Origin: Oscillospiraceae bacterium
Lineage (GTDB): Bacteria; Bacillota; Clostridia; Oscillospirales; Acutalibacteraceae
DNA: 64,000 bases
Assembly: GCA_012520505.1 (NCBI GenBank)
Contig: JAAYOC010000011.1
Span: 9,686-73,685 of the forward strand
Direction of reading: 5' to 3'
Shown here: positions 56,368 to 64,000 of the stretch, in pieces
Numbering within the stretch: position 1 is the first letter of the stretch
Layout: the number at the start of each line of letters is the position of its first letter
Translations under genes and position numbers: made by a program
Notes under the pieces: generated by a model
The model's input: only the letters and a program-made list of their open reading frames with translations
What the model was told of the DNA's origin: nothing
Database searches by the model: none

Positions 56368-57096
56368 TTAAGCAATAAAAAGCTGTACCCAATACAGCCA
56401 ACCATCTTTCAAATAACATCCCATCCCAACATATTTAGAATTCATATTCAACATATTGTTTTTATGTCCTTCAGAATTATACCAAGCCTTCATAACCGCT
56501 TCACAATCATACCTATGTGCCCTTCCCATAGCAATGTTTTCACCTCTAGCAGAACTCTGCGGTATGCCATATTCTGGCAAAACAGTAAAACAACCTCTTC
56601 CATCAGGTCTAGTATGGCTGTAATTCTCCTGAAATTCTCCTTGTGAGATTTCTTCAGCACGTTTCATTGCAGCATCGTTTATGTCTTTGCGAGTTTCAAG
56701 TAGTGGAACCTCCGCTTCTGCTCTATATTCATTAATCTTTTCGAGCATATCCGCCTCAAAACCAGTTACAGGACCATTTGCTGGCTGAGGTATCGTTGCC
56801 GTAGTCGTAGTTATGATTGTTGTAGTGGTAGTGGTTGTTATTATCTTTCTTCTCGTACTCGGCTCCGGCGTTGATGGGGTAATTTCAGATGTTCCCGGCT
56901 CTGTTTTTTCAGGTAAAGAAATTTCTGGTAATGTACCTTCTTCAGAACTTGATGCCTCATCTGTTTTTTCAGCAGTTATCTGCGATGCTTTTTCTGCAGA
57001 CTGCCTATTGTCAATACTATGTTTAAGACCAACACCACTCGCGACAGTAAACATCAACAACAAAACTGCAATTATTATAGATATTTTTTGTTTCAT
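56368..57096 (-). CDS. Secreted/membrane-anchored CAP (SCP/PR-1, YkwD-like) domain protein
   Basis: 242 aa. N-terminal TM/signal anchor, a P/E/S/T linker with the poly-Thr run TTTTTTTIITTTT, and a C-terminal CAP domain (YSHTRPDG, GENIAMG, WYNSEGHKNNML). Overlaps the galK stop by 4 nt. Confidence 0.82.
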   Translation of the reverse strand: MKQKISIIIAVLLLMFTVASGVGLKHSIDNRQSAEKASQITAEKTDEASSSEEGTLPEISLPEKTEPGTSEITPSTPEPSTRRKIITTTTTTTIITTTTATIPQPANGPVTGFEADMLEKINEYRAEAEVPLLETRKDINDAAMKRAEEISQGEFQENYSHTRPDGRGCFTVLPEYGIPQSSARGENIAMGRAHRYDCEAVMKAWYNSEGHKNNMLNMNSKYVGMGCYLKDGWLYWVQLFIA

Positions 57097-58232
57097 ACTT
57101 CACACGGTCCTTTTCCAATATTTACAGAGAGAAAGTCAGCTCTAAATCCCATTTTTTCTCTGTATACGTCCCCTACATTTTTTATGAAACTATCAACATT
57201 TTCAGATTTTACAAGTGAAACTGTACAACCACCAAAACCGGCTCCGGTCATTCTAGAACCCAAAACTCCTTTCTGCCTCTGTGCAGTTTCAACTAATGTA
57301 TCTAACTCAATTCCTGTAACCTCATAATCTTCTTTAAGCGATTTATGAGATTCATTCATGAGTTTTCCAAGCAATTCAAAATCATTATTTTCCAGCGCTT
57401 CTTTTGCCTTAATTGTTCTTTGATTTTCTGTAACAATATGTCTTACAATCTTAGAAGCATCAACTGGAAGACTAGGTAAATCACAAAGATTTTCGACATT
57501 ATACATTGCCTTTTCTTTCTGACAACTTACGAAGCGCTCATTATATTTAGAATCAGCAAGAGTTCTTTTTTTGTTTGTTTGAGAAATAACTAAAGTTATA
57601 TTTGAATCAGTAAAATTTACAGGCACATATTCATATTCCAATGTAGCTGTGTTTAAAAATATTGCATGGTCTGCTTTGCCCATTACTATTGTAAATTGGT
57701 CCATAATCCCGCAATTTACACCAATATACTTATTTTCGGCCTGCTGGCAAATCTTTGCGAGAGTTATATTGTCCAAATCAAGACGAAACAGTACCTTGCA
57801 GATGTACGCCGTGAGGACTTCTATTGAAGCGGATGATGAGAGACCACTGTTTATCGGCAGATTTCCGTAATATGCAATATTAAGGCCTTTTTCTATGCTG
57901 TATCCATTATCTTTTAGTGCTAAAAGCACAGCAATCGGATAATTTGCAAAGGTTTTTCCTTCTATCAATTTCAAATCGTTTAAGTCACATTCAACGATTT
58001 TTTCATCTGCAAAATTATCCGAATAAAAACAAAAAAGGCTGTCCGAACGAAGGCGTACAGCTGCATATGTGCCGAGAGAAAGCGCACATGGTAACACAAA
58101 ACCACCATTATAATCAATATGTTCCCCTATTAAGTTCACCCTGCCTGGCGCAAAGAAAACACGCAGGCCTAGGGATGTCCCATAAGCCTTTTCAAACGCA
58201 TTCACTGCCAGTTTTCTGTTTTCATAATTCAT
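57093..58232 (-). CDS. galK: Galactokinase
   Basis: 379 aa. The galactokinase signature GRVNLIGEHIDYNGG and GHMP motifs (PINSGLSSSAS, GAGFGGC). Confidence 0.95.
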   Translation of the reverse strand: MNYENRKLAVNAFEKAYGTSLGLRVFFAPGRVNLIGEHIDYNGGFVLPCALSLGTYAAVRLRSDSLFCFYSDNFADEKIVECDLNDLKLIEGKTFANYPIAVLLALKDNGYSIEKGLNIAYYGNLPINSGLSSSASIEVLTAYICKVLFRLDLDNITLAKICQQAENKYIGVNCGIMDQFTIVMGKADHAIFLNTATLEYEYVPVNFTDSNITLVISQTNKKRTLADSKYNERFVSCQKEKAMYNVENLCDLPSLPVDASKIVRHIVTENQRTIKAKEALENNDFELLGKLMNESHKSLKEDYEVTGIELDTLVETAQRQKGVLGSRMTGAGFGGCTVSLVKSENVDSFIKNVGDVYREKMGFRADFLSVNIGKGPCEV

Positions 58233-58411
58233 GAATTTGCCTCTTTAATTGCTCTTATTATTTGAATTAACAACTATGTAATACGCTTATAATTCAAAAA
58301 AATAAAAAGCTCATCGTCTTCTTGTGACTTCTTTAATCACAACATAAAACATTAGTCAAATGCTTAAAATTTTTAATCCAAAATTTTCAAATAAGATTGA
58401 AATTCTTATAA

Positions 58412-59149
58412 CTATTCAAATTCAGTTACTGAAAGTATCACCCAATATTTTACTCTATCTTTTTGATAACAACCAAAACCAATATATTTTAGATCCGGAT
58501 AACACATTGCATTTTTTCCTTGACCATCAGCTTCCCATGCTGCAAACGCCTCTTCATAACTCTTTTCTCCCTTTGAGATATGCGTTGAATAACCACCAGG
58601 TTTAGTTGCGCAACCACACTCTGCAAATATGGTATAATAATATTTTCCGTTTGGGCGTTTGGTACGATCATATTTTTCACTTATTTCTTTTGCACGTTTT
58701 CTTGCTGCTTCAGTAAGCCGGTCATCAAATTCAAGTTTCGTAGTCACACCTTCATTTGCTCTTAAATCATTAGCTTTAACAAGCAAATCATCTTCAAATC
58801 CAGTAATTTGTTGATCATACAAAAGACCGAATATTTTTGTATCGAAAATTTTAATTGTTGTTTCATGTGATGTCGAATCACTTGCAGGTTCAGTATTTTT
58901 AGTTGCCTGTGAAGCATCATCCTTAGACGCTACTTCATCTGTTTGTTCTTCCATCTTTGATTCTGATTCTAATTCAAAAGGTTCCTCTGTTGAAGACTTT
59001 GGTTTGTTATCAACTGTTTTTTTCTCTGCGTTATTAGATATTATAAAATGTCTAACAAATACACCAATCATTATAGCAAGAAGTAAAACAAACATCGCAA
59101 CTATTGCTATTATTTTCTTTTTATTATCAGTCAATTCAATTTTTTTCAT
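58412..59149 (-). CDS. Secreted/membrane-anchored CAP domain protein (paralogue of 56368-57096)
   Basis: 245 aa. N-terminal TM anchor, an acidic S/T/E linker, then a CAP domain (RANEGV..., STHISKGEKSYEEAFAAWEADGQGKNAM). Confidence 0.8.
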   Translation of the reverse strand: MKKIELTDNKKKIIAIVAMFVLLLAIMIGVFVRHFIISNNAEKKTVDNKPKSSTEEPFELESESKMEEQTDEVASKDDASQATKNTEPASDSTSHETTIKIFDTKIFGLLYDQQITGFEDDLLVKANDLRANEGVTTKLEFDDRLTEAARKRAKEISEKYDRTKRPNGKYYYTIFAECGCATKPGGYSTHISKGEKSYEEAFAAWEADGQGKNAMCYPDLKYIGFGCYQKDRVKYWVILSVTEFE

Positions 59150-59344
59150 TTTTTATCCTCCATAACACAAATACTCAAAAACATTAGTCAAACACTTTTG
59201 ATTTTTCCAAAACTTATAATTAGAGTTATAAAACTAACTAGCATGGCACTATTTATAAACAACGCTATACCAAGTCCATTATACATAAGATATCACTAAA
59301 AGTAAACAGAACCTTATAGATACATGGACGCCCTTGAAACAAAC

Positions 59345-59376
59345 AAAAACGGACCCCTCAAAAAGGGTCCGTTTTT
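59345..59376 (-). terminator. Rho-independent terminator after gdhA
   Basis: AAAAACGGACCC-8 nt-GGGTCCGTTTTT, about 50 nt downstream of the stop at 59428. Confidence 0.85.
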
Positions 59377-59427
59377 GTTTGTTCTGTTGTTTGACAAAAA
59401 ACAATTAAAAATTGAAGGTATCAATTT

Positions 59428-60774
59428 TTAAAGAACTCCCTGTGCAAGCATTGCGTCTGCAACTTTTTCGAAAGCTGCTATATTGGCACCGGCAATAAGA
59501 TCATAACCAAGGTTATAACGTTCAGCTGCTGAAATAGATATATTATAAATTTTCTTCATGATTTCTTTAAGATGAGCATCTACATGTTCTGCTGTCCACG
59601 AAATACGTCCACTATTTTGACTCATTTCAAGACCTGATGTAGCAACTCCACCTGCATTAGCAGCCTTTGCCGGAGCTACAATTACTCCGTTTTTAAGTAA
59701 ATATTCTAAAGCCTCCTCAGTTGTAGGCATATTAGCAACTTCTATATAGTATTTTGTGCCATTTGCAACAAGCTTTTTAGCTTCATCAAGTGAAACTTCA
59801 TTCTCCGTTGCACATGGAAATGCAATATCAACTTTTACACCCCAAGGTTTTTGACCCGGAAAAAATTCTACACCAAATTTATCCGCATAATCTTCTACTC
59901 TATTACGACCAGAAGCACGCATTTTAAGCATATAATTTAATTTTTTTTCTGTAACAACTCCATCAGGGTCATATACATATCCATCAGGACCAGAAATTGT
60001 AAGAACTTTAGCATTTAATTCTGCAAGTTTTTTACATGTACCCCACGCAACATTACCAAAACCTGAAACTGCACAAGTTTTTCCCTCAATCGTTTCACCT
60101 TCGTGTGCCAAAACTTCAACTGTGTAATAAACTGCACCAAAACCGGTAGCCTCAGGTCGAATAAGAGAGCCACCATATGAAATTCCCTTACCTGTAATAA
60201 CACCATTTTCATATGCCGCTCTAATTCTTTTATGCTGACCAAAAAGATAACCTATTTCTCGTCCACCTACACCTATATCTCCCGCCGGCACATCAAGATC
60301 CGGTCCAATATGTCTGTAAAGTTCTGTCATATAAGCCTGACAAAAACGCATTATTTCTCCATCTGATTTTCCGGTTGGATCAAAATCGGCGCCACCTTTT
60401 GCACCACCCATAGGAAGACCGGTAAGTGAGTTTTTAAATACTTGTTCAAATGCTAAAAATTTGACAATTGAATCATTAACAGATGGATGAAATCTAAGAC
60501 CGCCTTTATATGGACCTATTGCATTGTTAAATTGAACACGGTAACCTCTGTTAACTTGTACCTTGCCTGCATCATCAACCCAAGCTATTCTAAAGCTCAT
60601 AGCTCTATCTGCCTCTACCATACGGCTTAGAATATCAGCTTCAACATACTCCGGATGTGCTTCGATTACTCTGTCAAGATTTTCAAAAACATCCTTTACG
60701 CTCTGGATAAATTCCGGCATATCAGCATCCTTTTGTTTAACTTTTTCGATTACACTTTTAATGTATTCGTTCAT
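59428..60774 (-). CDS. gdhA: NADP-specific glutamate dehydrogenase
   Basis: The ORF-track start at 60852 overlaps the predicted promoter. The ATG at 60774 gives MNEYIKSVIEKVKQKD. Has GPYKGGLRFHPSV (catalytic Lys region) and the dinucleotide fold GFGNVAWG. Confidence 0.93.
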   Translation of the reverse strand: MNEYIKSVIEKVKQKDADMPEFIQSVKDVFENLDRVIEAHPEYVEADILSRMVEADRAMSFRIAWVDDAGKVQVNRGYRVQFNNAIGPYKGGLRFHPSVNDSIVKFLAFEQVFKNSLTGLPMGGAKGGADFDPTGKSDGEIMRFCQAYMTELYRHIGPDLDVPAGDIGVGGREIGYLFGQHKRIRAAYENGVITGKGISYGGSLIRPEATGFGAVYYTVEVLAHEGETIEGKTCAVSGFGNVAWGTCKKLAELNAKVLTISGPDGYVYDPDGVVTEKKLNYMLKMRASGRNRVEDYADKFGVEFFPGQKPWGVKVDIAFPCATENEVSLDEAKKLVANGTKYYIEVANMPTTEEALEYLLKNGVIVAPAKAANAGGVATSGLEMSQNSGRISWTAEHVDAHLKEIMKKIYNISISAAERYNLGYDLIAGANIAAFEKVADAMLAQGVL

Positions 60775-60830
60775 CGAAATTCCCTTTCTTGTGTGAAAAA
60801 TTAATCTGCGGCAGATAAAACAATGTAGAT

Positions 60831-60859
60831 AGAATACACTAGTGATGACCATATGTCAA
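60831..60859 (-). promoter_or_regulatory. Sigma-A promoter of gdhA
   Basis: The minus strand reads TTGACA-17 nt-TATTCT, about 55 nt upstream of the ATG at 60774. Confidence 0.5.
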
Positions 60860-60995
60860 CAAAAAATGCAAGAAATTAATTTAATTCTTTCATTTTTCAC
60901 ATTTTTTAATCTTTTTTTTGAAAAATAACAGCTTTTTTGCAATATTTTTAACGAAATCTTGATTTTTGCAAATTTTTGATATACTGATAAATCAT

Positions 60996-61165
60996 TAAAA
61001 CAACCAATTGGCATAATATTTAAATCTAAAACAACCAAATGACGTTACTATAGTAAATAAATAACTAAAACAACCAAACGGCATAACATTTAAATCATCA
61101 AAACAATCAACTGGCATTACATTTAAATCATTAAAACAACCAATTGACATAACATTGAAATAATC
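60996..61165. repeat. Five tandem, degenerate 31-39-bp direct repeats in the gdhA/61214 divergent intergenic region
   Basis: Copies start at about 60996, 61027, 61066, 61098 and 61132. Consensus TAAAACAACCAAnnGGCATAACATTTAAATCA. Copy 2 has a diverged, longer 3' half. Confidence 0.85.
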
Positions 61166-61183
61166 AAACAGGTATGATAAAAT
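61155..61183 (+). promoter_or_regulatory. Candidate extended -10 promoter for the 61214 gene
   Basis: TTGAAA-17 nt-(TGa)TAAAAT. The -35 element lies inside the last repeat copy. Confidence 0.45.
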
Positions 61184-61213
61184 CTAAACATATTTTTGAG
61201 AGGAGATTTTAAC

Positions 61214-62095
61214 TTGAAAAAGTTATGCAGAATTCAATTATTAGTTCAGGGACAATATGCCAATTCTAAGCCCAGTTTTTATATTTATATGACACTGCGA
61301 CTTATTATTTTCGGCATCATCATTATTTCTATTGTAAAAGGACGCTATGAGCATCTCTTACAATGTTCAGTAGCTCTCCTCTACTTTTGTATTCCACCTT
61401 TTTTTGAAAGAACTTTCAAAGCCGATGTTCCAACAGTAATTGAAATTATTTGTCTCTTCTTTATTTTTTCTGCAAATATTCTTGGTGAGATTTTTTCTTT
61501 TTACCTCAAAGTGCCATTTTGGGATACTATGCTTCACGCAATTTATGGATTTTGCTGTGCAGGACTTGGTTTTTCTCTGTTTGACTTACTAAATAAAGAT
61601 AGAGATCCTGAACTCAAATTTAAACTCAACCCATTTTATCACTGCATAAACGCAGTTGGGCTTACCACAATTATTGCAGTACTATGGGAATTCATCGAAT
61701 TCATAGCAGATGTATTTTTTGGAAAAGATATGCAAAAGGATACGGTTCTTACTAAATTTCAAACCGTTTACCTTGACCCAACTCAATCAAATATCCCTGT
61801 TGTTTTTGATAACATTACTGATACCGTTGTAAACGGTATTCGCCTTGAGATTGATGGCTATCTTGATATTGGTCTTTACGACACAATGAAAGATATGGGT
61901 GTCGCTATGCTTGGCAGTGTACTCTTTTGTTTCTTCCTAATTCCTTATATCAAAAGTAATGGAAAAAATAAATTTGCAGCCCTTTTCATTCCTACCAGAA
62001 GAAACTGGGAAGAAAATCCTCCGGATTCTAAAATTTATCATCAAATTGCAAAAAATAAGCTTAACAATAATCATAAGAAGGAAAGGAATTTTTGA
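61214..62095 (+). CDS. Polytopic membrane protein of unknown function
   Basis: The ORF-track TTG start at 61196 overlaps the SD GAGAGGAG. The TTG at 61214 lies 8 nt after it, and the ATG at 61289 is an alternative. About 6 hydrophobic segments and a basic C-terminal tail. Confidence 0.65.
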   Translation: MKKLCRIQLLVQGQYANSKPSFYIYMTLRLIIFGIIIISIVKGRYEHLLQCSVALLYFCIPPFFERTFKADVPTVIEIICLFFIFSANILGEIFSFYLKVPFWDTMLHAIYGFCCAGLGFSLFDLLNKDRDPELKFKLNPFYHCINAVGLTTIIAVLWEFIEFIADVFFGKDMQKDTVLTKFQTVYLDPTQSNIPVVFDNITDTVVNGIRLEIDGYLDIGLYDTMKDMGVAMLGSVLFCFFLIPYIKSNGKNKFAALFIPTRRNWEENPPDSKIYHQIAKNKLNNNHKKERNF

Positions 62096-62625
62096 TGATT
62101 ATAAGTAATATGATTAACCATTTGAAAACGATAGTTAAACATAGACATCTCGTCATGAAATATTGTTTTAAAGCAGGTATTCCTATCCAAGGACTTCTTC
62201 ACGACTTGTCTAAGTACTCACCAAGTGAATTTTGGGTTGGTGTAAAATATTACCAAGGGACAAGAAGTCCTAATGTTGCAGAACGTCAAGACAAAGGCTT
62301 TTCCTCTGCCTGGATGCATCATAAAGGTAGAAACAAGCACCATCATGAATACTGGTTTGATAATGACCGTTCGCCAATCGGTCTCAAACCGGTAGAAATG
62401 GAAACAAAATATGTAATTGAAATGTTCTGCGACCGTGTAGCAGCAAGTAAGGTTTACAAAGGCGATGAATACACTGACTCAACCGCACTTGATTATTTTA
62501 ACGGTCACGACCACAGGATTAATATGCACCCTAACACCAAAGAACTTATACAAAAACTACTCCAAATGTTAGCTGACGAGGGTGAAGAAAAGACGTTTGA
62601 ATACATTAAAAAAATGAAAAAATAA
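62092..62625 (+). CDS. Hypothetical cytoplasmic protein with His-rich motifs (resembles DUF5662 as I recall it)
   Basis: 177 aa. LLHDLSKYSPSEF and AWMHHKGRNKHHHEYW. Overlaps the upstream gene by 4 nt. The family assignment is from memory and unverified. Confidence 0.6.
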   Translation: MMIISNMINHLKTIVKHRHLVMKYCFKAGIPIQGLLHDLSKYSPSEFWVGVKYYQGTRSPNVAERQDKGFSSAWMHHKGRNKHHHEYWFDNDRSPIGLKPVEMETKYVIEMFCDRVAASKVYKGDEYTDSTALDYFNGHDHRINMHPNTKELIQKLLQMLADEGEEKTFEYIKKMKK

Positions 62626-62644
62626 AAGTTGCAAATAAAAAATT

Positions 62645-62668
62645 AGGATGCTCTTTTTTGAGCATCCT
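62645..62668. terminator. Bidirectional terminator
   Basis: AGGATGCTC-TTTTTT-GAGCATCCT with T/A runs on both sides. It is the only hairpin between the convergent genes ending at 62625 and 62874. Confidence 0.75.
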
Positions 62669-62680
62669 TTTACATTTTAT

Positions 62681-62718
62681 TTTTTGTATAAACAGCTATT
62701 TTTTTGTTTAACAGCTAT
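62681..62718. repeat. Two tandem ~19-bp direct repeats
   Basis: TTTTTGTATAAACAGCTAT / TTTTTGTTTAACAGCTAT. Confidence 0.8.
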
Positions 62719-62753
62719 ATTTCGTTTAATCAAATATGTTTCATATATTCCAA

Positions 62754-62865
62754 TTAAGCAAGATTTTAATTAAGCAAGATTTTATTTAAACAAGATTCTA
62801 GTTAAGCAAGATTTTATTCAAACAAGATTTTAGGCAAGCAAGATTTTATTTAAACATGACTTTAA
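62754..62865. repeat. Seven head-to-tail copies of a 16-bp unit (TTAAGCAAGATTTTAW)
   Basis: Exact 16-bp phasing: ttaagcaagattttaa, ttaagcaagattttat, ttaaacaagattctag, ttaagcaagattttat, tcaaacaagattttag, gcaagcaagattttat, ttaaacatgactttaa. The array ends 8 nt before the lysozyme stop codon. Confidence 0.9.
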
Positions 62866-62873
62866 TTTAAGAA

Positions 62874-64000
62874 TTAAGACTGTTTTTTCATAATATCGAT
62901 ATCTACATCGCCATTAATACCGGGAACCCGACCTGTACAACTTCGTTGCCACAACCAATATGAACCTTCATATGAAGTTTGACTCGTATAATGTGCCAGC
63001 CAAACGGTATATTCCTCCGGTAAATACCAAAAACCATTTTCGAGATAATATTTACTTGAATATAAAGTGCCGTCATAACCAAATTCACGCATAGTATCAA
63101 TAAATATCTTTGCGCTATCGTTCAAATCGTTAAGACTCATACCGGCTGCGGAAAGTTTAGACCAAGATTCCCAATCAAAAGCTACCGGTAGATCAGGAAC
63201 AAAATTGTTTTCCTCAAGAGTTTTAATTACAAATTTCGCATTACCTAACGCCTCATATATATTCCTGGCATAAGAGTAATAATAAACACCAACTTCAAGA
63301 CCGGCTGCCTTTGCTCCCTTAAAGTTACTTATAAACGTCTTATCAAGAGTTTCAGCGCCTCCAAAACCATTTTGAATTCCAAGCCGCATATAAACAAATT
63401 CTACCCCGGAATCCTTAACTTTATTCCAATCAATATTGTCCCCTTGCCATTTGGAAACATCTATACCTATTCTGGTTTCTTCATTTTTATACATTGAAAT
63501 GATATCAGCAATTTGGTGTTTTTCAGACAACGTACTTTCTGTCCTTGCACCTTTTTTAAATTTTTTTACAACTTTTAAAACAAAAGGTTTTCTAGTTTCA
63601 TTGCCTGCCTTATCTCTAGCAACTCTCTCTAGATGATACTCCCCCACTTTTAACAAATTATATTCACCAACTATTTCACATTCGACATTCCTATCAATAT
63701 TATCAATACAGTAAGTTGGAGCCGGAATTTTAGTGCTTCCTACTAGCACAGTTGAATAGCCGGGAGCAATTAAAATAGGTGGTGTTGTATCCTCTTCATT
63801 TTCGTTATGAACAGAAGTAAAATTCTCAAGTATAATGGAATATGGGCCTGTGGTGGTTACAACAACTTTAGGGTTTTCCGGTGCAATTATACCACTCTGC
63901 GATTTATATTTTTGATGAATAAAAATTACAAGCACGATCATTAACAGTAGAAATATTCCTACTGTCAAAACAATTTTTTTGTTTTCACGAATTTTTGACA
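62874..64000 (-). CDS. Membrane-anchored GH25 muramidase (lysozyme) with an Ig-like domain; the 5' end is probably outside the window
   Basis: GH25 signature GIDVSKWQGDNIDWNKVKDSGVEFVYMRLG and FDWESW. An Ig-like segment (DTTPPILIAPGY...) sits after a TM anchor. The frame stays open upstream of the track start (63968) to the window edge (…SKIRENKKIVLTVGIF). Confidence 0.85.
   Translation of the reverse strand, partial: SKIRENKKIVLTVGIFLLLMIVLVIFIHQKYKSQSGIIAPENPKVVVTTTGPYSIILENFTSVHNENEEDTTPPILIAPGYSTVLVGSTKIPAPTYCIDNIDRNVECEIVGEYNLLKVGEYHLERVARDKAGNETRKPFVLKVVKKFKKGARTESTLSEKHQIADIISMYKNEETRIGIDVSKWQGDNIDWNKVKDSGVEFVYMRLGIQNGFGGAETLDKTFISNFKGAKAAGLEVGVYYYSYARNIYEALGNAKFVIKTLEENNFVPDLPVAFDWESWSKLSAAGMSLNDLNDSAKIFIDTMREFGYDGTLYSSKYYLENGFWYLPEEYTVWLAHYTSQTSYEGSYWLWQRSCTGRVPGINGDVDIDIMKKQS

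Noticed and set aside
60804-60816. ATCTGC-G-GCAGAT palindrome in the gdhA leader.
   Set aside because: It is only 6+6 bp with a 1-nt centre, too short to distinguish from chance in a 64-kb window and unable to form an RNA hairpin. It is noted but not called.
60856-61038. 60-aa minus-strand ORF in the gdhA upstream region. The antisense ORFs at 37596-37826, 39764-40024 and 39813-40091 are similar cases.
   Set aside because: It lies in AT-rich promoter/repeat DNA, and the others are antisense to tetR/groES. None has an SD, the composition is low-complexity, and they overlap better-supported features.
60996-61165. Possible CRISPR arrays (also considered for 62754-62865).
   Set aside because: The repeats are contiguous with no unique spacers, the units are degenerate, the 16-bp unit is far too short, and no cas genes occur in the window.

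Overview
AT-rich chromosomal segment from a low-GC Firmicute. The gene content and signals look Clostridia-like: AGGAGG-type SDs, frequent TTG/GTG starts and a class-3 FBPase. Most genes are housekeeping or metabolic and most lie on the minus strand.

Gene blocks in order:
- relA-recJ (1-4059).
- A ~13-kb, 15-gene ethanolamine-utilisation bacterial microcompartment (BMC) operon of hybrid Eut/Pdu composition, followed by an amidohydrolase (4278-18781).
- fbp.
- An uncharacterised Cys-rich protein, then uvrB-uvrA and a 51-aa membrane micro-ORF.
- An SDR.
- A cobalamin-riboswitch-gated ECF-type corrinoid uptake locus with two DUF4430/transcobalamin-like envelope proteins (28565-35048).
- A lipoprotein, a URO-D-like gene with a 65-aa partner, and a TetR regulator.
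- An O-antigen-ligase-like membrane protein.
- groES-groEL-tRNA-Thr.
- An ECF-sigma/anti-sigma block.
- corA and a K+/H+ antiporter.
- livJHMGF running on into MATE and GH2 genes.
- tRNA-CAU and tRNA-Trp.
- galK flanked by two CAP-domain secreted paralogues.
- gdhA, two hypothetical genes and a GH25 lysozyme (its 5' end is off-window).

I saw no transposase, integrase, phage, CRISPR-cas or recognisable defence genes.

Most interesting observations:
- The non-canonical eut BMC locus. It has pduS/pduT and lacks eutVW/H/Q/G. Three of its proteins carry low-complexity linkers plus small C-terminal add-on modules.
- The riboswitch-controlled corrinoid scavenging system about 10 kb away.
- An orphan Cys-rich protein in front of uvrBA.
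- Homologous hairpins flanking the sigma block next to tRNA-Thr.
- Two intergenic tandem-repeat arrays.

CDS coordinates follow the ORF track unless a different start is argued. Manually derived coordinates were anchored on ORF-track boundaries and may be off by 1-2 nt.
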